DNA from: Candidatus Eiseniibacteriota bacterium
GTDB lineage: Bacteria; Eisenbacteria; RBG-16-71-46; SZUA-252
Direction of reading: 5' to 3'
Length of the DNA: 32,701 bases
NCBI GenBank assembly: GCA_031370645.1
Contig: JANMQV010000103.1
Location: 1-32,701 of the forward strand
Shown: piece by piece, positions 18,854 to 26,377 of the stretch
Layout of the letters: each line of letters begins with the position of its first letter
How positions within the stretch are numbered: the stretch's first letter is position 1
Program-made: the position numbers and the translations under genes
The notes under the pieces: generated by a model
Database searches by the model: none
Seen by the model: only the letters and a program-made list of their open reading frames with translations
Told to the model about the DNA's origin: nothing

Positions 18854-20038
18854 TTACCTCACTCTACCCCGCCTCAGCTCCTTGATTCCATAGTGCGTCC
18901 CGCGCCAGATCACCCCGCGCCGGCTCAGCGTCACGACCATCGAGCGCAGGATCGCGTAGGAAAAGAGGGCGGCACCAACGGGCGCGGTCAAAAAGTCCCA
19001 CCAGCGGATGTGAAAATTTCGCCCGATCGAGCGGTAGAGGATCCAGATCCCAACCCACCCCGCGATCGCGAACGCCTTGGGCCAGACGCCGGGAAGCAGC
19101 CAACCGAACGCCGGTGCCATCGTGCCTAGGAACTGAAGGGTCACCGACACGACGGTTTCGCCCACACGATAGCGAAGCGCCGCGAACGAGTTCTTCTCCA
19201 CGCCGCGAATCAGGCCGCGCACCCCTTCGTGCCAGCGAACGCGAACGTAGCCATCATGCAGCGCGAACCACGACTTCCCGCCCGCTTGCTTCACAATCAG
19301 TCCGAGCGCCATGTCGTCGAGCACCTCCATCCGAAGCCGCGTATGTCCGCCCGCGCGGTCGTAGAGTTCCCGGCGCACCAGGTTGAACGCGCCGATCCCG
19401 ACGTGCGATTTCGATTTCGGATTCGGCGCTTCCCACGGCTTCTGGCTCGCGTAGAAAAGCGCGCTGAAGTAGGCGACGAAGATCCGCTCGCCGAGCGAGT
19501 GAATCTCGAGATCGGCTCCCACCGCGAGATGATCGGCATGGAGATCCTTCGCGAGCGAGATCGCCTGCCGCACGGCGTCGGGCTTCATCCAGACGTCGCC
19601 GTCGGTGAAGAGGAGCCACTCTCCCTTGGCCTCCTCGGCGCCGCGCGCGAGGGCGTGGCACTTGCCGAGCCATCCTTCGGGGAGTTCGGTCACGTGAAGC
19701 GCGCGAATGCGCGAGTCCGACGCCGCGAGGCGATCGAGGATGACGCCGGTTGCGTCGGTCGACCGGTCGTCCACGAGGACGATTTCGAGTCCCGGATATG
19801 CCTGCGCCCGAAACGACTCGGCGGCGTGCTCCACGCGCGCCGCTTCGTCGCGCGCCGCGGAAATGATCGTTACCGTGGGGAGTTCGGCGTCGTTGCGCGC
19901 GGAGGCGGAGGCGAGACCGCGGATGCTCCGCTGTCCCCAAAGCATCGGCAACGCCAGGCAGAGCCAGACGAGTGCCGCGAATCCGGTGAAGCCGATTCCC
20001 AGGTTCACCGCCAATTGACACGCCTGCTCGAGACCCAT
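18854..20038 (-). CDS. Glycosyltransferase family 2, HpnB/CrtQ-like membrane enzyme
   Basis: AARDE, VDDRSTD, GWLGKCHA, LLFTDGD and LDDMALG motifs; N- and C-terminal TM helices. Confidence 0.88.
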   Translation of the reverse strand: MGLEQACQLAVNLGIGFTGFAALVWLCLALPMLWGQRSIRGLASASARNDAELPTVTIISAARDEAARVEHAAESFRAQAYPGLEIVLVDDRSTDATGVILDRLAASDSRIRALHVTELPEGWLGKCHALARGAEEAKGEWLLFTDGDVWMKPDAVRQAISLAKDLHADHLAVGADLEIHSLGERIFVAYFSALFYASQKPWEAPNPKSKSHVGIGAFNLVRRELYDRAGGHTRLRMEVLDDMALGLIVKQAGGKSWFALHDGYVRVRWHEGVRGLIRGVEKNSFAALRYRVGETVVSVTLQFLGTMAPAFGWLLPGVWPKAFAIAGWVGIWILYRSIGRNFHIRWWDFLTAPVGAALFSYAILRSMVVTLSRRGVIWRGTHYGIKELRRGRVR

Positions 20039-20049
20039 AGCCTGCGAGG

Positions 20050-21057
20050 ATGCGTGATCAACGCGGCACCGTTCAAGTCTTCCCCGTGGAGAGCCGCGTC
20101 TTAGCCGGGAATCTCCCGGGCGATCCCCACGTCCGGGACCTCCACGTCTACCTGCCGCCGGGCTACGAAGCGGGCACGGAGCGCTACCCGGTCGCCTGGG
20201 TTCTGGCCGGATTCACAGGACGCGGCCGCCAGATCTTGAACGACGGAGCCTGGTCGCCCGCGCTGAACGATCGGATGGATGCACTGATCGCCTCCGGCAA
20301 ATGCCGCCCGATGATCCTCGCGCTCCCCGACTGCTTCACGCACCTCGGCGGTAGCCAATACGTGAACTCGTCGGGATTGGGCCGTTACGAGGATCACATC
20401 GTCCAGGAACTCGTCCCCGCCGTCGACGAGCGCTTCCGCACGTTGCCCGGCCCGCGGCATCGCGGCGTCATGGGGAAATCGAGCGGCGGCTACGGCGCCA
20501 TCACCCTCGGGATGAAGAACCCCGAAACGTTCGGCGGGATCGCCTGCCACAGCGGCGACATGTTCTTCGAGTTCTGCTACACGCGCGACTTCGGCCCGGC
20601 GTTACGGCGGATCCGGAAAGCGGGCGGCGTGGCCGCGTGGTACAAGAAATTCCACGCCGGCCCCCGCATGAGGAACGAAGACCACGCGCCGCTCGACACG
20701 CTCGCCATGGCCGCCTGCTACTCGCCCAATCCCAAGGTCCCGCCGGCCTACGCCGATCTGCCCTTCGACTTGGAGACGGGCGCGCCGCGTCCCGATGTCT
20801 GGGCGCGCTGGATGGAGCACGATCCGATTCGATTGGCCCAACGCTACGCGGAGAACCTCCGCCGTTGCCGGCTCCTTTTCCTCGACTGCGGAACGGACGA
20901 CGAGTTCTACCTGGAACTCGGAGCGCGCCAGATGTCCGCTAAACTGAACGAACTCGGCGTCACGCACGAATACCAAGAATTCGAAGACGGCCACATGGGG
21001 GTCTCGTATCGCTACGACGTGAGCCTTCCCAAGATGGCGGCGGCGCTCGCGCCGTGA
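20050..21057 (+). CDS. Esterase family alpha/beta hydrolase (Fes/enterochelin esterase-like)
   Basis: VYLPPGY, nucleophile elbow GKSSGG, DCGTDDE and EFEDGH. Confidence 0.88.
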   Translation: MRDQRGTVQVFPVESRVLAGNLPGDPHVRDLHVYLPPGYEAGTERYPVAWVLAGFTGRGRQILNDGAWSPALNDRMDALIASGKCRPMILALPDCFTHLGGSQYVNSSGLGRYEDHIVQELVPAVDERFRTLPGPRHRGVMGKSSGGYGAITLGMKNPETFGGIACHSGDMFFEFCYTRDFGPALRRIRKAGGVAAWYKKFHAGPRMRNEDHAPLDTLAMAACYSPNPKVPPAYADLPFDLETGAPRPDVWARWMEHDPIRLAQRYAENLRRCRLLFLDCGTDDEFYLELGARQMSAKLNELGVTHEYQEFEDGHMGVSYRYDVSLPKMAAALAP

Positions 21058-21659
21058 GCGAGGCGAGGGACCAGGCGATCGCGCGGCTCTCCGCCGCGAT
21101 CGCGGCGAATGCGCCGGAGGACGTCGCGCGCGAAGCGGAGGCGGCGATGTCGGCCGGGCTATCCGCCGCGTCGGTGTACGAAACGATCTTGCAGTCGTAT
21201 CTCTTCGTCGGATTTCCGCGCACCATCGAAGCGTTCTTCGCCGCCAAGCCTCTTCTCGAGCGCCACGGCGGCATCCCCGCGGCACCCGAGCCTCCCTCTT
21301 CCGCCGAGTGGACGGCGCGAGGCGAGTCGCTCTGCCGGGAGATCTACGGCCGCCACTACGAGAAGCTGGTCGATACCATGCGCGCCTTCTCGCCCGATCT
21401 CGCGGCATGGATGATTCTCGAGGGGTATGGGAAGACACTCTCGCGACCCGCGCTGACCCCGGTGGAACGAGAGACCGGAGTCCTCGCGATCCTCACCGTG
21501 ACGCGCATGTGGCGACAACTTCGCTCCCACGCCATCGGCACGGTGAACGTCGGAGGGACACGCGCCGGCGCGCGGGCGGCGATCGTGGCCGCGCGACCCT
21601 GGGCAGGCGACGACGCGGTGCGCGAGGCGCTCGCGACGACGGGACTCACGGAGGGGTGA
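21054..21659 (+). CDS. Carboxymuconolactone decarboxylase/AhpD-like family protein (two repeats, no CxxC)
   Basis: ETILQSYLFVGFP, YGKTLSRPAL..ERE and QLRSH motifs; GTGA overlap with the esterase stop. Confidence 0.8.
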   Translation: MSEARDQAIARLSAAIAANAPEDVAREAEAAMSAGLSAASVYETILQSYLFVGFPRTIEAFFAAKPLLERHGGIPAAPEPPSSAEWTARGESLCREIYGRHYEKLVDTMRAFSPDLAAWMILEGYGKTLSRPALTPVERETGVLAILTVTRMWRQLRSHAIGTVNVGGTRAGARAAIVAARPWAGDDAVREALATTGLTEG

Positions 21660-22492
21660 TGGCGATGAAGCCCGGTGAATTCGTGAAGTCGCATGGACTC
21701 GGGAACGACTACGTCGTGGTCGATACCGCGACGTTCGGAATTCCGCTCACGCCCGAGCGGGTGCGGCTCCTCTGCCATCGAAATCTCGGCCTCGGCTCGG
21801 ACGGTGTGTTGGAAGTCGACGCGAGCGGGCGCTACTTCGTGAAGATCTGGAATCCGGACGGCAGCGAGGCGGAACGAAGCGGGAACGGCCTCCGAATCGC
21901 GGCGAAGTTCCTCGCGGAGCACGGCTACGAGAAGGGCGACGACTTCACCGTGGAGACGGTCGCCGGCCCCGTACGGACTCAGGTTTTTTGCGAGTCAGGG
22001 CGCGTGAATGCCGTCCGCCTCGAAATGGGCCGCGCCACGATCGATCGCGAGCGGAAGCAACTGGAAGTCGGCGGCAAAGCACTCGACGTCACCATCGTCT
22101 CCGTGGGGAATCCCCACTGCGTTGTCTTCGGCGAAGCGATGACCCAGGCCCGCCTCTTCGACCTCGGCCCGAAGATCGAGAACCACGAGGCGTTCCCCAA
22201 GCGAATCAACGTTCAATTGGCCTCCCCCGTTTCCCGCGCGCAGGTCCGCGCCCTGATCTGGGAACGAGGTGCCGGCCACACGCTCGCCTCGGGCACCTCT
22301 TCCTGCGCCGTGGCGGTCGCGTGCTACGACCGGGGATTGGTGGACGGCACGGTGACGATCGAAATGGAAGGCGGCGCTTTGGGGATTGAAGTGGGGAAGG
22401 ATCTCTCGATCATCCTGAAGGGGCCGGTGGAGGAAGTCTTCGTTGGAGTCCTCAGCCCCGACCTGCGGCACCGACTGATGCAATTGCCCTAG
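21659..22492 (+). CDS. dapF: Diaminopimelate epimerase (DapF)-family protein, Ser/Ser active-site variant
   Basis: KSHGLGNDY, GLGSDG, WNPDGSEAERSGNG, VGNPHCV, FPKRINV and WERGAGHTLASGT motifs; TGATG coupling to the CMD gene. Confidence 0.8.
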   Translation: MAMKPGEFVKSHGLGNDYVVVDTATFGIPLTPERVRLLCHRNLGLGSDGVLEVDASGRYFVKIWNPDGSEAERSGNGLRIAAKFLAEHGYEKGDDFTVETVAGPVRTQVFCESGRVNAVRLEMGRATIDRERKQLEVGGKALDVTIVSVGNPHCVVFGEAMTQARLFDLGPKIENHEAFPKRINVQLASPVSRAQVRALIWERGAGHTLASGTSSCAVAVACYDRGLVDGTVTIEMEGGALGIEVGKDLSIILKGPVEEVFVGVLSPDLRHRLMQLP

Positions 22493-22499
22493 GGCTTCG

Positions 22500-23447
22500 C
22501 TAGAGCAATCGCGTCAGCCAGTGCATCAAGTTCAACGCCAGTTGCCGGTTGTCGTAACCGGGGACGTTCATTCCGATCCGAACTCCGTCGTTTCGCCTCA
22601 GACGCGCCGTGAGCATCGCCGCTTCTCCTAGCACCACCACGCGACCCTTTCCCCACTCGAGCGCCACCCCCTGGGACCATCCCGGAAGCGGAACCGGATC
22701 CTCGTACGTCACGCTCACGATGACGTCGCTCCCCTTGTGCTCCACGGTCGCCTTCGGCGAACGGGCGATCGCCGTATCGGAGAGCCGTAGAAATCCCACC
22801 GCGGGCGGATTCGCGCGAACGGCCTCCCCGGTGAAGGTCAGGACGCGCTCGATCCGTTCGGCCGCGCTTCGGCCTTCCACGATCGGGTGAGCAGTCAGAC
22901 CGCCATTCTTCCTCGAAAAGACGAGGTGCGTCGGCTCGAACGCGGGGTCGAACGCCATCGAATCCGAGACATCGCCCTTGCTGAGTTGAATGCCGAATCG
23001 CGCCGCGAGCGATTCGGCCGCGTGACCGGTGGGGTAGTGATCGGTGACGAGGAGGAGCGATCCGCCCGACGCGACCCAGTCGCGGATCGCGTCGCACTCC
23101 AAATCGTCGAAGGCTGCCGCGTCGTTTCGCTCGTTCGCGCCGACCGCGTTCGCCACTAGGTAGACGGCGTAGGGACGAAGCGCCTCGGCGGTGATTCGCT
23201 TGGAGGTCGTGGCGACGCGGTAGCCGTCGGACCCTAGAAGGCGGACGAACGGGCGATAGCTCCCTCCCGCGCGGTGCCAGTTCCGGTGCGCTTCGTCGAA
23301 GAGGACGCGTGGTCCGTCAGCCCGATAGGCGGGGGACTCCACGCGCGTGTCGAACTGAGTGTCGATCTTGTCGTCGGCGGAGCAGCCACCGACGACGAGC
23401 GCGGCGAGAAGGAGGCGACCCCATTCGCCGCCGCGCCGCACGATCAC
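22500..23447 (-). CDS. Lipoprotein with class I glutamine amidotransferase-like (DUF4350/ThuA-like) fold
   Basis: Lipobox VGGC; RVLFDEAH, WVASGGSLLLVTDH and GKGRVVVLGE; GTGA overlap with the upstream gene. Confidence 0.65.
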   Translation of the reverse strand: MIVRRGGEWGRLLLAALVVGGCSADDKIDTQFDTRVESPAYRADGPRVLFDEAHRNWHRAGGSYRPFVRLLGSDGYRVATTSKRITAEALRPYAVYLVANAVGANERNDAAAFDDLECDAIRDWVASGGSLLLVTDHYPTGHAAESLAARFGIQLSKGDVSDSMAFDPAFEPTHLVFSRKNGGLTAHPIVEGRSAAERIERVLTFTGEAVRANPPAVGFLRLSDTAIARSPKATVEHKGSDVIVSVTYEDPVPLPGWSQGVALEWGKGRVVVLGEAAMLTARLRRNDGVRIGMNVPGYDNRQLALNLMHWLTRLL

Positions 23448-23863
23448 TTCTCTTCCGACTTGGGCCAGATCACTCGCGAACTGACCAACATCGCCACGCC
23501 GATCAGGAACGGCATTAGCCCGATCGCCCAAATTCTCTTGTCCGGCTCGATCGACGTGAGCAGCACCATCATGCTGATCCCCACCGCCAGGAAAATGAGA
23601 CCCCCGACCATGAGGCCGTGCGCGCGCCGCCCACGCGAGCCCCAGCCGTGCCCGTTTTCGTGCGCGTCGGGGCTCGACATCGGCGGCAGCTTGGCCGGAT
23701 CGACGCCTCGCTCGATCATCGCGATCCGCTCCTTCCGTTCCAATTCCGCAAGACGCTGTTGACCCGTGATCCTCACGATCGCTACCGTGATTCCACCGAT
23801 AATCGCGATAATCGGGATCGCGAACGGCAGGGTCCCCCACATGAGCTGCTCAATATCGTGCAT
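23444..23863 (-). CDS. DUF6249-like small membrane protein
   Basis: TM helix, then ERIAMIERG, then two TM helices (GLIFLAVG; GLMPFLIG); GGAAAGG RBS before ATG 23863. Confidence 0.7.
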   Translation of the reverse strand: MHDIEQLMWGTLPFAIPIIAIIGGITVAIVRITGQQRLAELERKERIAMIERGVDPAKLPPMSSPDAHENGHGWGSRGRRAHGLMVGGLIFLAVGISMMVLLTSIEPDKRIWAIGLMPFLIGVAMLVSSRVIWPKSEEK

Positions 23864-23934
23864 GGCGTTTCCTTTCCAGGGTTTAGGTTGATGGCTCTTC
23901 GTGGTGCCGAGAGCCCCTTTCTTCTCCTTCGCCC

Positions 23935-23967
23935 CCTTGGACGGGAGGAGAGGGTGATCCGGTTTCA
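23935..23967 (-). promoter_or_regulatory. Putative ECF sigma promoter driving the DUF6249-lipoprotein operon
   Basis: Minus strand TGAAACCGG-N14-CCGTCCAAGG, mirrored by the same motif on the + strand. Confidence 0.7.
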
Positions 23968-23987
23968 AGCGCCGGAGCCCCGGATCC

Positions 23988-24020
23988 TGAAACCGGCGCT
24001 CCCCCTCGCCCCGTCCAAGG
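23988..24020 (+). promoter_or_regulatory. Putative autoregulatory ECF sigma promoter
   Basis: TGAAACCGG-N14-CCGTCCAAGG directly upstream of the ECF gene. Confidence 0.7.
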
Positions 24021-24025
24021 AGCAG

Positions 24026-24661
24026 ATGATGGAGGCCCCTCGGGGGCGCGGTGCCGACCGGCCCCTCCTTCTGGATGAGCCGGAGCTCCTGGCGCGTTGT
24101 CGCGCCGGGGAGACGGCGGCGTTCGCCGTGCTGGTCGATCGTTACCGCGATCGAGCGTACGGATTGGCGTTCCGACTGATCCGCTCCGCCCCCGACGCTG
24201 AAGAGGTGGCGCAGGATGCCTTCGTCAGCGCGTGGCGGTCGCTCGGCGCCTTCCGTGGCGATGCGACCTTCTCCACCTGGCTCTATCGAATCGTCTGGAG
24301 GAAGGCCCTCGACCGGGTCGAACTCCTTCGGAATCGCGGACGGCGCGAAGTGGCCGTGGACGATCCGGCGCGCGTGGAGGCCGAGGCGGCCGGGAACGCG
24401 CCGATGGCCGACGAAGGAGGGGCTTCGGCCAGGGACGTGAATAAGTTGGAGCGACTCCTCGGGACGCTTTCAGAACTCTCGCGGGCGGTGGTGACGCTCT
24501 ACTACTATGAAGACCGCTCGGTGAGCGACGTCGCGGCGGCGCTCGGGATCCCCGAGGGGACGGTGAAGACGCATCTCTTCCGGTCGCGCGTGGCGCTCCG
24601 CGAGGGCTGGCTCCGCGACGAGCGATCGACAAGCGAGGAACGGGAACATGATCCGGTGTGA
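24026..24661 (+). CDS. ECF RNA polymerase sigma-70 factor
   Basis: Region 2 DAEEVAQDAF and FSTWLYRI; region 4 ALGIPEGTVKTHLFR. Confidence 0.93.
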   Translation: MMEAPRGRGADRPLLLDEPELLARCRAGETAAFAVLVDRYRDRAYGLAFRLIRSAPDAEEVAQDAFVSAWRSLGAFRGDATFSTWLYRIVWRKALDRVELLRNRGRREVAVDDPARVEAEAAGNAPMADEGGASARDVNKLERLLGTLSELSRAVVTLYYYEDRSVSDVAAALGIPEGTVKTHLFRSRVALREGWLRDERSTSEEREHDPV

Positions 24662-25226
24662 CGAACTGAATCGCTGGCTCGATGAGGGAATGCCGGCCGA
24701 TGGCGCCGCCGGAGCGCGGGCTCACGCCGCGAACTGCCCCTCCTGCGCGGAGGCGCTCGGCGCCTTCGAAGCGATCGATTGCGCCCTCGCGCTCCCCCCG
24801 CGCACGCTCCCCGATGGCGCGGCGTTCACGGCCCGGGTGATGGAGCAAGTGCGAACGGTCGTCCCCATCGCGGCGCCCCCCGTGACCGGAAAGCGCGACC
24901 CGTGGTGGATCACGATCTTTTCCGAGCCCGGTTTTGCCGTTGCCGCGGCCGCGGCGGTCGTGTTGATCCTCACCCCCGCCGCGGTTCGATTCGACACGAC
25001 CCGAAGCGTGGCGCTCCCACTCTCGGTCGCCATGCAAACCCTCGGAGCGTCGGTCGGCCTGACCCTCGCCGGCTGGTTTGACCCCGCGGCCCTCGCCGCG
25101 CGCCTCACGCCTCTCTCGCGAATCTGTATCCTGATCGGCTTCGCGCCGCTCCTCGTCTGGGCCGGCCTCTGGATGTTCGGCGCCGTGGAGCGTCTGGTCC
25201 GAAATGTTCCCGCTCGCCGCGGGTGA
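24648..25226 (+). CDS. Zinc-binding (ZAS) membrane anti-sigma factor
   Basis: C-x-HxxxCxxC pattern (CDE...HAANCPSC) plus C-terminal TM helices; overlaps the sigma stop. Confidence 0.8.
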   Translation: MIRCDELNRWLDEGMPADGAAGARAHAANCPSCAEALGAFEAIDCALALPPRTLPDGAAFTARVMEQVRTVVPIAAPPVTGKRDPWWITIFSEPGFAVAAAAAVVLILTPAAVRFDTTRSVALPLSVAMQTLGASVGLTLAGWFDPAALAARLTPLSRICILIGFAPLLVWAGLWMFGAVERLVRNVPARRG

Positions 25227-26377
25227 AGCGCCTCCTCGTCGGAATCGTCGCGCTGGCGCTCGTCGTCGCGGCGCTCCTCGCGGGCTTAGGGTGGTACGTT
25301 TCGGGCCGAATTCAACGCGAAGCTCTCCTCGCTTCCTACGATAAGGCTCCCCCGCTCTACGACGACGCGACGGTCACGGCCGTCGACTCATCCCAAATCA
25401 CCCTCCGCATGCTCCGTGATGAACACGACCGGCTGGCGCGCGAAGGGGCGTGGGGGCTCTTCTGGAATGAGGGAGGCGGCCGCGTCGGCGCCATCCTGAA
25501 GCGTGAGGGCTCGAGCGTGGTGCGCGCCTTCACGCCGATCGACGGCTTCCCCGCCCCTGGTGACAGCGTCGATCTCCGCCTCGAGGCCTATCAGGGCGAC
25601 CCCCTCCGAGCCCGCGACATCCCCTTCGAAAACGTCGTCGTCGGAACCGAACTCGGCCCCGCGCCCGCCTGGAGAATCGGCGGCACGCGCTCCACGTGGG
25701 TCGTGTTCGTGCATGGGAAGGGCGCTTCGCGGCGGCAGGCCCTCCGCGCGCTCGGCGTGGTCCACGCGCTCGGGTTTCCCGCGCTCGTCATCACCTACCG
25801 GAATGACGACGGCGCGCCACCGAGTCCCGATGGGCGCTATCATTACGGTCTGACCGAGTGGCGCGACGTCGAGTCGGCGGTGCGCTACGCCATCGCGAAC
25901 GGCGCGTTGAACGTGATTCTGTGCGGCACGAGCATGGGGGGTGGCATCGTCGTCGCGTTCCTGGAGCACTCATCTCTCGCGTCGCGCGTGCCGCGTGCGG
26001 TGCTCGACTCGCCGATGCTCGACTTCGGCGAGACAATCGACTGGGGCGTGGAGCACGCAACCCTTCCCGGAACGGCGATCCCGATGCCCCGCATCGCCGG
26101 CGTCGTCGGGAAGCAATTCGCCGCCTGGCGTTTCGGCGTCGATTGGGCGGCACTCGACCTGAGGCGCCATGCTGATGCGATTCGAACGCCACTCCTCGTC
26201 TTCCACGGCGGCGAGGATGACGTCGTTCCGATCGCCACGAGTCGCGAGCTGGCGGCGCGCTTTCCCGATCGCGTGACGTTCCTGACGTTCCCGGGCGCGA
26301 GGCACGCGGAAGGGTGGAACGTCGATTCGCTCCGCTTCAACACCGCGCTCCGTGAGTTCCTGGGGAGAGTTCGATGA
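25223..26377 (+). CDS. Membrane-anchored/exported alpha/beta hydrolase
   Basis: N-terminal hydrophobic helix; VHGKG, GTSMGG, HGGEDDVVP and ARHAEGWN catalytic triad motifs. Confidence 0.88.
   Translation: MKRLLVGIVALALVVAALLAGLGWYVSGRIQREALLASYDKAPPLYDDATVTAVDSSQITLRMLRDEHDRLAREGAWGLFWNEGGGRVGAILKREGSSVVRAFTPIDGFPAPGDSVDLRLEAYQGDPLRARDIPFENVVVGTELGPAPAWRIGGTRSTWVVFVHGKGASRRQALRALGVVHALGFPALVITYRNDDGAPPSPDGRYHYGLTEWRDVESAVRYAIANGALNVILCGTSMGGGIVVAFLEHSSLASRVPRAVLDSPMLDFGETIDWGVEHATLPGTAIPMPRIAGVVGKQFAAWRFGVDWAALDLRRHADAIRTPLLVFHGGEDDVVPIATSRELAARFPDRVTFLTFPGARHAEGWNVDSLRFNTALREFLGRVR

Noticed and set aside
22500-24661. Long N-terminal extensions in the ORF track (22500-23840, 23444-23968, 23618-24661; also 21308 and 14910 starts)
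   Set aside because: They overlap neighbouring genes; downstream starts with RBS or stop-start coupling fit better.
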